Shown piece by piece: positions 1 to 7,633 of a DNA stretch of 28,778 bases. This DNA is from a virus (taxonomy: Duplodnaviria > Caudoviricetes). The first letter of the stretch is position 1; each line of letters opens with the position of its first letter. The position numbers and the translations under genes were made by a program. The notes under the pieces are model-generated. The model did not search any database and had not been told where the DNA came from. It saw only the letters and a program-made list of their open reading frames with translations. The stretch lies in IMG/VR virus record IMGVR_UViG_3300027857_000049, positions 1 to 28,778 of that record; one strand, 5' to 3'.

Positions 1-602
1 TACTGCCTGCTATCTTCGAATTGAGGGACTGACGCCACTCCTGGCGGCGGTGTGGCTCCGGCATATCCTGCCGTTGCGTTGTTCAGTTCGATAACCTGCG
101 TCGGCACCATTTCGTTCACAACATCGAGGAAACTGTTTACGGTGAACTTGATATTCCCTCGCTTAACTTCTGTCTGCCCGATCCGCCCCCCGAACATCGC
201 GCAAGCCCCATAAGTATTTGCATCCCCGGGCGTCGGCATGAACACCGTCCAACATCTGACGAGCTTGTTGTCAAAGAATCCGATTTGAGCAAGCTGGTAG
301 GGGTTTGCCGTCGCGATGCTCTGGGTAGGGATTGAAAGCACCGGAGTCCAGTTGATCTCGAGGTCTGATACTTCGAGGCCGATCTTCGATTCGATGTCGC
401 CGCGGGTGACCACTGCGGGCAGGAATTTGCCCCAAATGGGGTAGTCAAGCGGAGCTTCCCAATTCGTCAGCCGTACGGCCTGCGGGTCGTCGTAGTCGCC
501 AATCAGGTAAATATCGGCCAGCTTGAACTTATTTCCGGCCGCAAGATAGGCCGCGACCGTCGCCGTGGTATCAACTCCGCTTCCGCTGAGGACTTGTCTC
601 AT
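1..602 (-). CDS. Baseplate hub-like tail protein (DUF2163/TIGR02218-like), 3' end runs off the window
   Basis: Hand-translated from ATG at 602 with no stop to base 1: MRQVLSGSGVDTTATVAAYLAAGNKFKLADIYLIG...RGDIESKIGLEVSDLEINW...QIGFFDNKLVRCW...MFGGRIGQTEVKRGNIKFTVNSFLDVVNEMVP. The motif order resembles DUF2163 and it lies downstream of the Dit-like gene. Not in the ORF track because it has no stop. Confidence 0.75.
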   Translation of the reverse strand, partial: MRQVLSGSGVDTTATVAAYLAAGNKFKLADIYLIGDYDDPQAVRLTNWEAPLDYPIWGKFLPAVVTRGDIESKIGLEVSDLEINWTPVLSIPTQSIATANPYQLAQIGFFDNKLVRCWTVFMPTPGDANTYGACAMFGGRIGQTEVKRGNIKFTVNSFLDVVNEMVPTQVIELNNATAGYAGATPPPGVASVPQFEDSRQ

Positions 603-615
603 GTTTTACTTTAGA

Positions 616-631
616 TGTTCCACGTGGAACG
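616..631. promoter_or_regulatory. parS-like site (ParB/Spo0J binding palindrome)
   Basis: TGTTCCACGTGGAACG matches the chromosomal parS variant TGTTCCACGTGGAACA at 15/16, with a perfect 14-bp palindrome at 617-630. It is intergenic. Confidence 0.75.
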
Positions 632-650
632 TCGTTCGCCTTCCGTTCGC

Positions 651-679
651 TTGACAGCCATTCCGCAAGAGCGCACTCT
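651..679 (+). promoter_or_regulatory. sigma70-type promoter for the small membrane ORF
   Basis: TTGACA (651-656), 17-nt spacer, CACTCT (674-679). ATG 686 follows after 6 nt. Confidence 0.5.
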
Positions 680-685
680 CTGACC

Positions 686-802
686 ATGCCCTTCGACTTA
701 AATCTTGCTGGCATCGCTCACAACATCGTGGCAGCGCTAATAGTAGCCGGGCTGCTGGCCTGCGTTGTGAAGATAGCCATCTATAGATACCAGAACCGCT
801 AG
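686..802 (+). CDS. 38-aa single-pass membrane peptide (moron-like)
   Basis: MPFDLNLAGIAHNIVAALIVAGLLACVVKIAIYRYQNR*: hydrophobic core and basic tail. It fills the gap between two tail genes on the opposite strand and has its own promoter. Confidence 0.55.
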   Translation: MPFDLNLAGIAHNIVAALIVAGLLACVVKIAIYRYQNR

Positions 803-809
803 AAGCGCC

Positions 810-1715
810 CTACGCCGTCGCTGGGCGCGCTGTGATGAGTTCTAGCGTGCCGCTGCCGTTCTTCCCGCCACCGCCGCCGATTGTCCATAACTGCTGCATA
901 AACTGTTCGAAGTCTTGGCTGTCACTGGCAAATCTGACCCGGAAGTAGAAGTTACAGGCTATCGTGACCGGAGAAGCTGGCGCCGATGCACCCCAGTCGA
1001 GATAGAGCCCAGAGTACGCATAACCGGGAATCGAAAGCCCTGGCCCCGCTACGGTATAGTCCACCGATGGCGTTTTAAGCGTCCCTCCGGCCCAGACTCG
1101 CAGAGGATTGATGCTGGTATTCAGATCCGTCACGTCCTCTTGGAAGAGGCTCCCCATGTTCCTTTGAATGGGTGAGTAGTAAGTCGGCGTCGGCATCCCA
1201 TCGTTGATCGTGTCCAGATATTGCGCCGTGTTGCCGGGGAAGACTCCCTGATCTGCCCATGAGCCGGTGCCGTCCGAAACGCTGCCTCCGCTGTGATTGA
1301 AAGTTGGAATCGTCAATCCGGTTATTCCACCGCTCCACTTTTGCGCGTGCCCGGCGGAATCTATGATGATTTGAGCTGGATTGAAATCCCATCGCGCTTT
1401 CCAAATCTGCGGCCCGATCCAGTCGTCTGAAGGATCGTCAAAAAGGAAATCGTCGTACTGCCCTTGATGTTCGAGCCAGAAGCCCATCAATTCTCTGAGG
1501 TCAGTCTGCGGAGAATAGGGCTGTGTATTGTTCGGGCTGTAGTAATTATCGTAGAGATATTCGTAGATAAGTTGCCACGTCCAGATCGGGTTCTGAGACT
1601 GAGCGATTCTGACTTCCGCCATGTTTGCGGCAGTCTGAACGATGGAATTAAACTTCGGCGTCTTCGTGACCGTCCAAGTCAGACCTTTCACTGTCGGATA
1701 GATTGAATTGGACAT
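810..1715 (-). CDS. Distal tail protein (DUF2460/TIGR02217-like Dit)
   Basis: Motifs KTPKFNSIVQTAANMAEVR, ELMGFWLEHQGQYDDFLFDDPSD and FYFRVRFASD. Directly follows the tape measure gene (TAATG overlap). Confidence 0.75.
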   Translation of the reverse strand: MSNSIYPTVKGLTWTVTKTPKFNSIVQTAANMAEVRIAQSQNPIWTWQLIYEYLYDNYYSPNNTQPYSPQTDLRELMGFWLEHQGQYDDFLFDDPSDDWIGPQIWKARWDFNPAQIIIDSAGHAQKWSGGITGLTIPTFNHSGGSVSDGTGSWADQGVFPGNTAQYLDTINDGMPTPTYYSPIQRNMGSLFQEDVTDLNTSINPLRVWAGGTLKTPSVDYTVAGPGLSIPGYAYSGLYLDWGASAPASPVTIACNFYFRVRFASDSQDFEQFMQQLWTIGGGGGKNGSGTLELITARPATA

Positions 1716-4309
1716 TAGAAGCGCGCCGCTCCGATCTGGCCTTTGCGGATGCCCATCTTCACAGCTTTCACCATATCCTCGTGCGACATGTTGGAGCCCT
1801 GATGATTGATGTGAATGGCGACGCGATTGTTAATTATCCTATTCCCGCCCGCGCTCAATCCTCCGCTTGGAACGGAAGCATTGAATGTGTTAATCGCTGG
1901 AATCGCTCCCTGAAGAGCCGTTGAAATCGGAGCAGGCAAAACCATTTCTTGACCGTGCGCGATGATCGGCATCGCTGTGCTGGCCGAACCGGGAACGAGT
2001 CCGCCCTCTTTGAATGCGAGGGCCGCGGCAAACACCAGAGGCCCGACAACCAAATCAAGAGGGAATCCGACGCTCGCCATCGCCTTCGCTGCTGCAGTTT
2101 TTGCGCTATCGAGTCTCTGAATCGCATTTTCCGCCAAAGATGAAGCCGTGGCGGTCTGATTTGCGGTCTGTGTCGCTGCCAGTTTCAGAATCTCTGCGGC
2201 AATCCACTGCTCGACCATCTTCAAGACGGCGTTTATGAAATTCTCAGCCATGCTGTTCCATACGTTGATCATCGTCCTGGCGAACGATTGGCCGGTATAG
2301 ATCATCTTGATAAATTGCTGATTGAACGTGTCCGCGCCTCTCTGCATGGCGTTCTGCATGGCGCGTTCGATTTCCTGCCAAGAGGACAGCATCGTGGACT
2401 TGAGTTCGATTTGCTTGATCTGTATTTGTCCCATTGTCGCCTGTATCTGTTTCATAACTTCTTCGCCAGCGCGCATCGTTTCGATTTGTTCCGGGGTGAG
2501 AATCCCGCCGCTGGCTAGAATGGCCTTCAATGGAGCAACCGTAATCAGCACCGCGCCAAATTCTTCTCGCATTCGTTCTAATTCAGCGTTGTAGTTTTTC
2601 AGTTGTTCATCGTTGAAAATGTCTTTAAGTGCTTCCGTGATCGGGCCTGCGCTCAACCCAGACAGGGATGCTTTTTCCTGCGCTGTGCGGACTTCGGCCT
2701 GATGCTTTTCGTCGGCGGTTATCTGTTCTTGGGCGTTTCTGGCCTCTGTTACCTGCAATTCGGCCATGCGCTTTGCCGCTTCTATTTCGTCTCCGATTTC
2801 CTTGTCCAGAATGTCTCGTCTTTTTGTCGCAGCTTCGCGGTTGTTCTCCGCGATCTTTTCATCTTGGGTTTTGTAGATGTTCACGACTTCCGCTGAATTC
2901 GCGGCGGCGATCTCTCGCTGCTTGCGAACAACTTCCTCGTATTTCTCCGGCTGTTTCTTGTACAACTCTGCTTCTTGGTCTAGTTCATCGTTCTGGATTT
3001 TCAGCGAGGCATAGGCCGCATTAACCTTGTCCGTGAGTTCCTGTTCGAGGGCTGCGTTGATCGCTACCCTACGCGCTTCAACTTGATCAACTGAGAACTG
3101 CGGCATTCCTTCAGCGGCAATAAGTTTCTGTCCGGTCAATTCCTCTTGATTGATTGCGGCTGTTTTGGCGATGCTTTCCTGTACCCGTTCCTCGGCCTGG
3201 ATTCTCTTGAGCGTGTTATCCAGTTCTTCTTTGGCGATGTCAGCGGCTTTGTTCTTAGTCTGGTCTGCGATGATTTCTTTTTGGGCGATCAGATACTCTT
3301 TTTCAGCTTCCAGTGACCGCATTGCTAGTTCGGTGCGTTGGGCGTCAAGATAGCGCCCTTCCTGCATTTCCGCATTCTGCGCTTGCGCGGCTTTGGTTAT
3401 TTCCTGCTCGATTCCGTTGATCGCGGCAGACACGTCTTTGTTTTGCAGGACTTTTACATTGATGGCGGTGATCGCTTTTTCGGCATCGTCCGACGAATAG
3501 GCGGTAATCTTGGCGTTGGAACTTGCCGCAAAGAAGTCTTCCATCTTTGCGCGGACGATAGTCCACCATGAAGATTCCTCTTCGAGCGCCTTAGTCAACG
3601 TCTTGGTTTCGTTCGTCAGATTGAGACTCAGCAAGGGAATGTTGCTCAATTCTTGTTCGTAGGCTGCCAGTGGCCCGACTGTCAGCTTGGTATATTCCTC
3701 GTTGAGCTTCATAATTTCATCGTTCTGTTTCTGTGCAGCCTCTGCGACTGCGTGCTCTGCGTCGGCCACTTGTTCTTCTTTGTGTATGAGTTCTTCAATC
3801 TTGGGAATGAACGCAGCTAGAAGTGCGACAGGCAATGCGAGCTCGAATGCTAGGCCAAGACCGGGAACGCTTGCAGCGAGGCGCCCGATGGCACCGCCAA
3901 GAAATCCCATTCCCAAAGTGGCGCCTGCGGCGCGTCCGGTGATGTTTGCTACCTGCCGATCGAGGCCAGTCGTAGCGATTGCGGCTGTTTCCAGCTTTGG
4001 AGCTGTGGCCGCTGCGGCATCTCCCATCTCACCGATTGCCACGGCTGCTGTTTCGGCTGCGGCCGATGCTTCCTTCGCACTGATCCCGAAGTTTTGAAGC
4101 GCGCTGGCAGTTTCTTTGACGGTTAGTCCAGAAGCCATAAATCGCGCTGCTTGCGCGACTACGGTTTGTCCCGACGCTTCAGCTTCGGCAGCGACCTGTT
4201 TCAGCTTGGCCCCGAGGCTGTCAAATGCCGCACCGGCCTGTTGCGTTCCAGCAATCAGCGGAGCGACATCAAATTCTGCGCCAACTTTTAGGACGTTCTC
4301 GTCAGCCAC
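1715..4309 (-). CDS. Tail tape measure protein
   Basis: 864 aa, Ala/Glu/Gln-rich and helical. C-terminal FKEGGLVPG...PIIAHGQEMVLP motif typical of TMPs. Follows the tail chaperones. Confidence 0.9.
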   Translation of the reverse strand: MADENVLKVGAEFDVAPLIAGTQQAGAAFDSLGAKLKQVAAEAEASGQTVVAQAARFMASGLTVKETASALQNFGISAKEASAAAETAAVAIGEMGDAAAATAPKLETAAIATTGLDRQVANITGRAAGATLGMGFLGGAIGRLAASVPGLGLAFELALPVALLAAFIPKIEELIHKEEQVADAEHAVAEAAQKQNDEIMKLNEEYTKLTVGPLAAYEQELSNIPLLSLNLTNETKTLTKALEEESSWWTIVRAKMEDFFAASSNAKITAYSSDDAEKAITAINVKVLQNKDVSAAINGIEQEITKAAQAQNAEMQEGRYLDAQRTELAMRSLEAEKEYLIAQKEIIADQTKNKAADIAKEELDNTLKRIQAEERVQESIAKTAAINQEELTGQKLIAAEGMPQFSVDQVEARRVAINAALEQELTDKVNAAYASLKIQNDELDQEAELYKKQPEKYEEVVRKQREIAAANSAEVVNIYKTQDEKIAENNREAATKRRDILDKEIGDEIEAAKRMAELQVTEARNAQEQITADEKHQAEVRTAQEKASLSGLSAGPITEALKDIFNDEQLKNYNAELERMREEFGAVLITVAPLKAILASGGILTPEQIETMRAGEEVMKQIQATMGQIQIKQIELKSTMLSSWQEIERAMQNAMQRGADTFNQQFIKMIYTGQSFARTMINVWNSMAENFINAVLKMVEQWIAAEILKLAATQTANQTATASSLAENAIQRLDSAKTAAAKAMASVGFPLDLVVGPLVFAAALAFKEGGLVPGSASTAMPIIAHGQEMVLPAPISTALQGAIPAINTFNASVPSGGLSAGGNRIINNRVAIHINHQGSNMSHEDMVKAVKMGIRKGQIGAARF

Positions 4310-4637
4310 TCTTTTTGCCTTTCTTCGCCGCGTCGATCATCGCTTGAATATGCAAAGGCGCTAAATCTTTCGACTTCGATCTGCCTTTGGTTCCCGGCGC
4401 AAGGTCTTTCATCGCTTTGCCTATTTCCAGAGCATCAACCACTGATGCGCGCCTCTTCGGTTTTACACCGAGATATGCCGCTGCGAGTTCATGCAGAGGA
4501 GGATGATCCTCCCAGTATTCGCAAAGAGAAACGCACAATCGAAACGGTTGCTCATAAAGCTCCGCGAATGTCCAGCCGGTCACAGTTATTAGGCGACCCC
4601 GAAGTTCGGCTAAAGTCAGGCCGCCTTCGCTCCCCCC
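4302..4637 (-). CDS. Tail assembly chaperone T portion (expressed as a G-T fusion through -1 frameshift)
   Basis: The -1 frame is open from the slippery site: GSEGGLTLAELRGRLITVTGWTFAELYEQ...YWEDHPPLHELAAAYLG. The track ORF 4302..4583 is in this frame. Confidence 0.75.
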   Translation of the reverse strand, partial: GGSEGGLTLAELRGRLITVTGWTFAELYEQPFRLCVSLCEYWEDHPPLHELAAAYLGVKPKRRASVVDALEIGKAMKDLAPGTKGRSKSKDLAPLHIQAMIDAAKKGKKSG

Positions 4638-4927
4638 GGTTCGACCGGCAACAGTCCTGAAGCGTCCAGAATAGATTCAAGGATCTTTCTGGTTCCCTTC
4701 ATTCCAAATTCTTTTTTGAATCGCTCGGCAGTCCATTCTTCGTTGCCCGCCGCTTTCAAATTCTCCAAGACTACGGAAATCGTTCGCTCGTTCCAATCTT
4801 TGATCGTCGCATCGGAATTATTCGCGAGCGCCTTTCCGCCCTCGACATACTTCTCGGCTGTCTCCCAGTTCATTTCCTGAACTTTGAGCCTGTAGCCGTT
4901 TACTTCGATTTCTCGAATTTCCAACAT
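4616..4927 (-). CDS. Tail assembly chaperone G
   Basis: 103 aa from ATG 4927 (GAGGT SD 7 nt upstream). Lies between the tail tube and TMP genes. Confidence 0.75.
   Translation of the reverse strand: MLEIREIEVNGYRLKVQEMNWETAEKYVEGGKALANNSDATIKDWNERTISVVLENLKAAGNEEWTAERFKKEFGMKGTRKILESILDASGLLPVEPGGAKAA
4631..4637 (-). other. Programmed -1 ribosomal frameshift site G GGG GGA
   Basis: CCG GGG GGA GCG near the 3' end of chaperone G. A -1 slip joins the frame of the downstream ORF, the conserved lambda G/GT arrangement. Confidence 0.7.
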
Positions 4928-5004
4928 CAAACACACCTCACGATTTTTTGGATTTTTCGGCTCTTGTTAAGCCGTCCTACTGGCGAGCGGTGTTGCAGAG
5001 TTTT

Positions 5005-5034
5005 GAGAGGCGGTGCCGAGAGACGCCGCCCCTC
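5005..5034. other. Intergenic GC-rich hairpin after the tail tube gene
   Basis: GAGAGGCGGTG-N8-CGCCGCCCCTC. There is no U-tract on the coding strand, so it may be a processing or stability element rather than a terminator. Confidence 0.35.
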
Positions 5035-5070
5035 GCGGAGAAACCATGAACAAGCGAAAATAAAATAACC

Positions 5071-5838
5071 CTAGTCCTCGTAGAAGTCAATTACCTTCCC
5101 GGCAGAGTTCGCGTATGCCTCGCCCTCGATGTCGCTGATGAGGTAGTCCGCGCGCTTGTAGGGCAATCCCAACTTGCTGACCTTGCAAGCGTACAAGTGG
5201 ACGTAGTTCGGGATCGTTCCGACGCCGCCCTGAGAGGCATTCGGCTGATACGGATTCGACAGGAACAATTCGAGGAACGGCCCGAAGCCCTGCGTGTGAT
5301 TGTTCACCGTCAAGAGCGACCCGGTGACGAGCGTGTACGTATAGCTGATCGTCACGGCCAGAGTTGTGTCGGCTGCTGCAAAGGTGTAGACGCCTGCGCT
5401 CACCGTATATTGCCCGGTCGAAGGCGTCCCAGAAGGGATGCGCGTCAAGCGCTGGCCGGTCGCTGCGAAGAAGACGCCGAGGTCGGTTACGAATTCTGCC
5501 GATTCGGTGACCGTGACTTGATAGGGCGAGGCCCCGACAGTGTGCGCTTCGCTGACTTCCATCGGAGTGCCGCCGGTGGTGATCGCAGTCTCACCGAAAT
5601 ACAGGTTGTTATAGGCTTGGATGTCGAACCTTCCAGAGCCGGATTTCCAGGTGATTTTGCGATCTGAAATCGCGGTGTCGTCGGGGAACTGGTATTGCCC
5701 GCGCAAGTCTTTGATCGTCGCCGCGATCTCGATGTTCACGTCCTGCAGAGTGGCGACCTGAATCGGCGTGTCGTTCGTGGGGATGTTGCCGCCGAGAGGA
5801 TTGAAGAACAAATTGCCTGCGCCGAATTCTATTCGCAT
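5071..5838 (-). CDS. Major tail (tube) protein with an inserted beta-rich domain
   Basis: 255 aa, GGAGG SD. Motifs FGAGNL, TLQDVNIEI..TIKDLRGQYQFP and KRADYLISDIEGEAYAN. Lies upstream of the G/T chaperones. Confidence 0.8.
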   Translation of the reverse strand: MRIEFGAGNLFFNPLGGNIPTNDTPIQVATLQDVNIEIAATIKDLRGQYQFPDDTAISDRKITWKSGSGRFDIQAYNNLYFGETAITTGGTPMEVSEAHTVGASPYQVTVTESAEFVTDLGVFFAATGQRLTRIPSGTPSTGQYTVSAGVYTFAAADTTLAVTISYTYTLVTGSLLTVNNHTQGFGPFLELFLSNPYQPNASQGGVGTIPNYVHLYACKVSKLGLPYKRADYLISDIEGEAYANSAGKVIDFYED

Positions 5839-5849
5839 TGTCTAGCCTC

Positions 5850-6320
5850 CTAAATCCCTGTGTCCACTTTCACCGGAACCAGCATGAACATCTGCTGCGT
5901 GTCTGCGGCTGTAGTGCCTATCGTGACCCGGCCTTGTATGTAGCAGTTCGTCACGATGCCGCCTAAAGTCTGCCGCTCGGCCTGTGGGCCTGCGGAAAGA
6001 GTCTCTTCGATGCCATCGAGAATCGCGTCCGCGATGTCGTCTGGAATTCCCGCGCTCGAAGCATCCGGCTTGAAATAAATGACGAGGACAAACCACATCG
6101 CCCACTTCGTTGCCCCAAAGGCAAAGTTCTGCGAACCCTCTTCTTCTGCGTGAACAACATACATGGCAGGCTGACTAGCAGGAGGAGTGCTTGCAAATAC
6201 GAGCGGCTTTCGCGTGATAGCTCCCTGCTGAAACTTTGCAGAGCCGAGCGAGATATTCGCGTTCGCTCCCTGAAGGAGACTGAGTAGGGCAGTCGCAATT
6301 TGTTTTCGCGGGACATTCAC
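5850..6320 (-). CDS. Tail terminator/completion protein
   Basis: 156 aa from GTG. SQPAMYV and ERQTLGGIVTNCYIQG patterns. Immediately upstream of the tail tube gene. Confidence 0.65.
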   Translation of the reverse strand: MNVPRKQIATALLSLLQGANANISLGSAKFQQGAITRKPLVFASTPPASQPAMYVVHAEEEGSQNFAFGATKWAMWFVLVIYFKPDASSAGIPDDIADAILDGIEETLSAGPQAERQTLGGIVTNCYIQGRVTIGTTAADTQQMFMLVPVKVDTGI

Positions 6321-6393
6321 TCGGTAAAAATATACCGATGGAATTTGGAACGCAGGGAAGTTTTAGAGAGAGTGTGTCTTATTCGGCAATCGC

Positions 6394-6402
6394 TGTTATT
6401 CT
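6394..6402 (+). promoter_or_regulatory. Extended -10 promoter for the antisense tRNA-like RNA
   Basis: TG-T-TATTCT ends 5 nt before the predicted 5' acceptor strand at 6408. Confidence 0.45.
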
Positions 6403-6407
6403 ATACG

Positions 6408-6511
6408 CCCGGTGATCGCGCCATCACAATGGCGAAGAATCCTTTGTAGCCGTGCACGGCGAACAGGATGAAAGAGGACAGAAGTAGCGGGTTCAACTCC
6501 CGCCGCCGGTA
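6408..6511 (+). ncRNA. tRNA-like structured RNA (non-canonical)
   Basis: Acceptor-like stem CCCGGTG (6408-6414) with CGCCGGT (6504-6510), 6 of 7 pairs. Canonical T-arm GCGGG-TTCAACT-CCCGC (6487-6503). 6-bp hairpin CGCCAT-CACA-ATGGCG. ATCCT/AGGAT stem capped by GCCG-TGCA-CGGC. No 7-nt anticodon loop and no encoded CCA. Confidence 0.5.
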
Positions 6512-6514
6512 CTT

Positions 6515-6901
6515 TCATTCGGCAATCGCCATCTTTCCAAAGACGCAAAGAGTGTCGGTTCCGGCGATGAAGCGCCTGCACAGAACCGGACGATCATCAT
6601 AGATTCCGCAGCGACCGTCGGGCAACAGCTTCGGGCAATCGAATAACCATGAAATGTATGCTTTTCCTTCTTCATTGATATTTTCTGTGTCGATTGTTTT
6701 CGGATTAAATGGCAGACGCATATCTCTGAGGAAATCGAAAACTGGCCAGATCCCTTCATCCTTCCAGAAAGTTTTGATCTCTCCTTTTTGATACAAGCGA
6801 AAGTCTTTGCAGCAATCTCCCGGTTTTGGGCAAATAGAGCAGAGCACGTTCTGGGGATGATTTTCTTTCAAGATTGGCAGAGGATTGGGAAGTAACTTCA
6901 T
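6515..6901 (-). CDS. YkgJ-family CxxCxxCC zinc/iron-chelating domain protein
   Basis: CSICPKPGDCC...CPKLLPDGRCGIYDDRPVLCRRF is the typical YkgJ Cys pattern. ATGA overlap with the upstream gene. Confidence 0.8.
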   Translation of the reverse strand: MKLLPNPLPILKENHPQNVLCSICPKPGDCCKDFRLYQKGEIKTFWKDEGIWPVFDFLRDMRLPFNPKTIDTENINEEGKAYISWLFDCPKLLPDGRCGIYDDRPVLCRRFIAGTDTLCVFGKMAIAE

Positions 6902-7545
6902 TCGGCAATCGCAGAGGTGATCGCAGCTTTGAGGTCGTTGATGATCTTCGGCTCCATGTCCGTGAGTCCAGCAAGCATGAAGGGCCGCGGGCGCAAAGGT
7001 GGATGGATAACTCGTCGCACGATAACAGTCTCGCCGCCGACTTCAAAGGCTAGAGCCAGAGGCAAACCGCCGCCCAAAGCACGTCTATCTTCTAATGACA
7101 TCGAGGCGTCTCCACCTAAAGCCCCCGCTCCTTTTCGAGCCCGACGACTCACTTCCGGCAGCGTCGAATAGGCGATGCCATACAAAACGGGATTGATCTC
7201 CCAAGAGTGTGCCACGCCTTCTTCTTGAACCGCTGCATAATCCACCGCCTTCCCAGCATTCGGCCCGCCAAGAGTTTCTTTCGTCGTCTGCGGGCCACCC
7301 GCTTCCACTTCGGCGGTGATCTTCGATCCATCGAACTTTGCAGGTTTCACGGGATGTGCACGGATTGATGCGGCGATTCCCTTGCCGCCGTCAGCAAAGA
7401 ACTGTTCCAAAGTTTCGTTGATGATGTGGGATTGCACTTCGATCATCGAGCGCGTCATCTGCAAGGTTAGACGTTCAATGATGCGCGGGCCTTTGGCTCG
7501 CATCGAGTCGGTGATTGTTTCGAGGTTTAGTTTTAGAAGAAACAT
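6898..7545 (-). CDS. HK97 gp10-like neck/tail completion protein
   Basis: DYAAVQEEG and VRRVIHPPLRPRPFM motifs. Likely start is ATG 7545 (215 aa), not TTG 7623. Confidence 0.75.
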   Translation of the reverse strand: MFLLKLNLETITDSMRAKGPRIIERLTLQMTRSMIEVQSHIINETLEQFFADGGKGIAASIRAHPVKPAKFDGSKITAEVEAGGPQTTKETLGGPNAGKAVDYAAVQEEGVAHSWEINPVLYGIAYSTLPEVSRRARKGAGALGGDASMSLEDRRALGGGLPLALAFEVGGETVIVRRVIHPPLRPRPFMLAGLTDMEPKIINDLKAAITSAIAE

Positions 7546-7631
7546 CGCAGAAAGTTGATCCACATAGAACCACAAGCGCACAATACTGATTTCGGGCACC
7601 GTGCGATGTGCCCGCGTCTGCAATAAAACAT
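7533..7631 (-). CDS. 32-aa Cys-rich micro-ORF (possible zinc ribbon)
   Basis: MFYCRRGHIARCPKSVLCACGSMWINFLRCFF*. Starts 2 nt after the upstream stop and overlaps the next start. Confidence 0.4.
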   Translation of the reverse strand: MFYCRRGHIARCPKSVLCACGSMWINFLRCFF

Positions 7632-7633
7632 GA

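Larger units (their letters stand above)
6381..6912. repeat. Three direct repeats ATTCGGCAATCGC (6381-6393, 6517-6529, 6900-6912)
   Basis: Exact 13-bp copies. Copies 2 and 3 extend to 16 bp (TTCATTCGGCAATCGC). On the minus strand each reads GCG ATT GCC GAA + stop. Confidence 0.9.

Noticed and set aside
137-448. 103-aa minus-strand ORF in the track
   Set aside because: It is an alternative frame within the hub gene that runs from 602 off the window edge.
4945-4990. Hammerhead-like stem followed by GAAA upstream of chaperone G
   Set aside because: The CUGANGA core is absent. Only a short CGGCT/AGCCG hairpin is supported.
6408-6511. Bona fide decoding tRNA or tRNA-Sec
   Set aside because: No 7-nt anticodon loop, no UCA anticodon, no D-loop GG and no U8. 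Kept only as a tRNA-like RNA.
6396-6518. 40-aa minus-strand ORF MKVPAAGVEPATS...
   Set aside because: 'AGVEPAT' is the classic translation of a reverse-complemented tRNA T-arm, so it is probably an artefact despite the ATGA overlap.
6381-6912. CRISPR array interpretation of the triple repeat
   Set aside because: The repeats are only 13-16 bp, the spacers are 123 and 370 bp and contain genes, and no cas genes are present.
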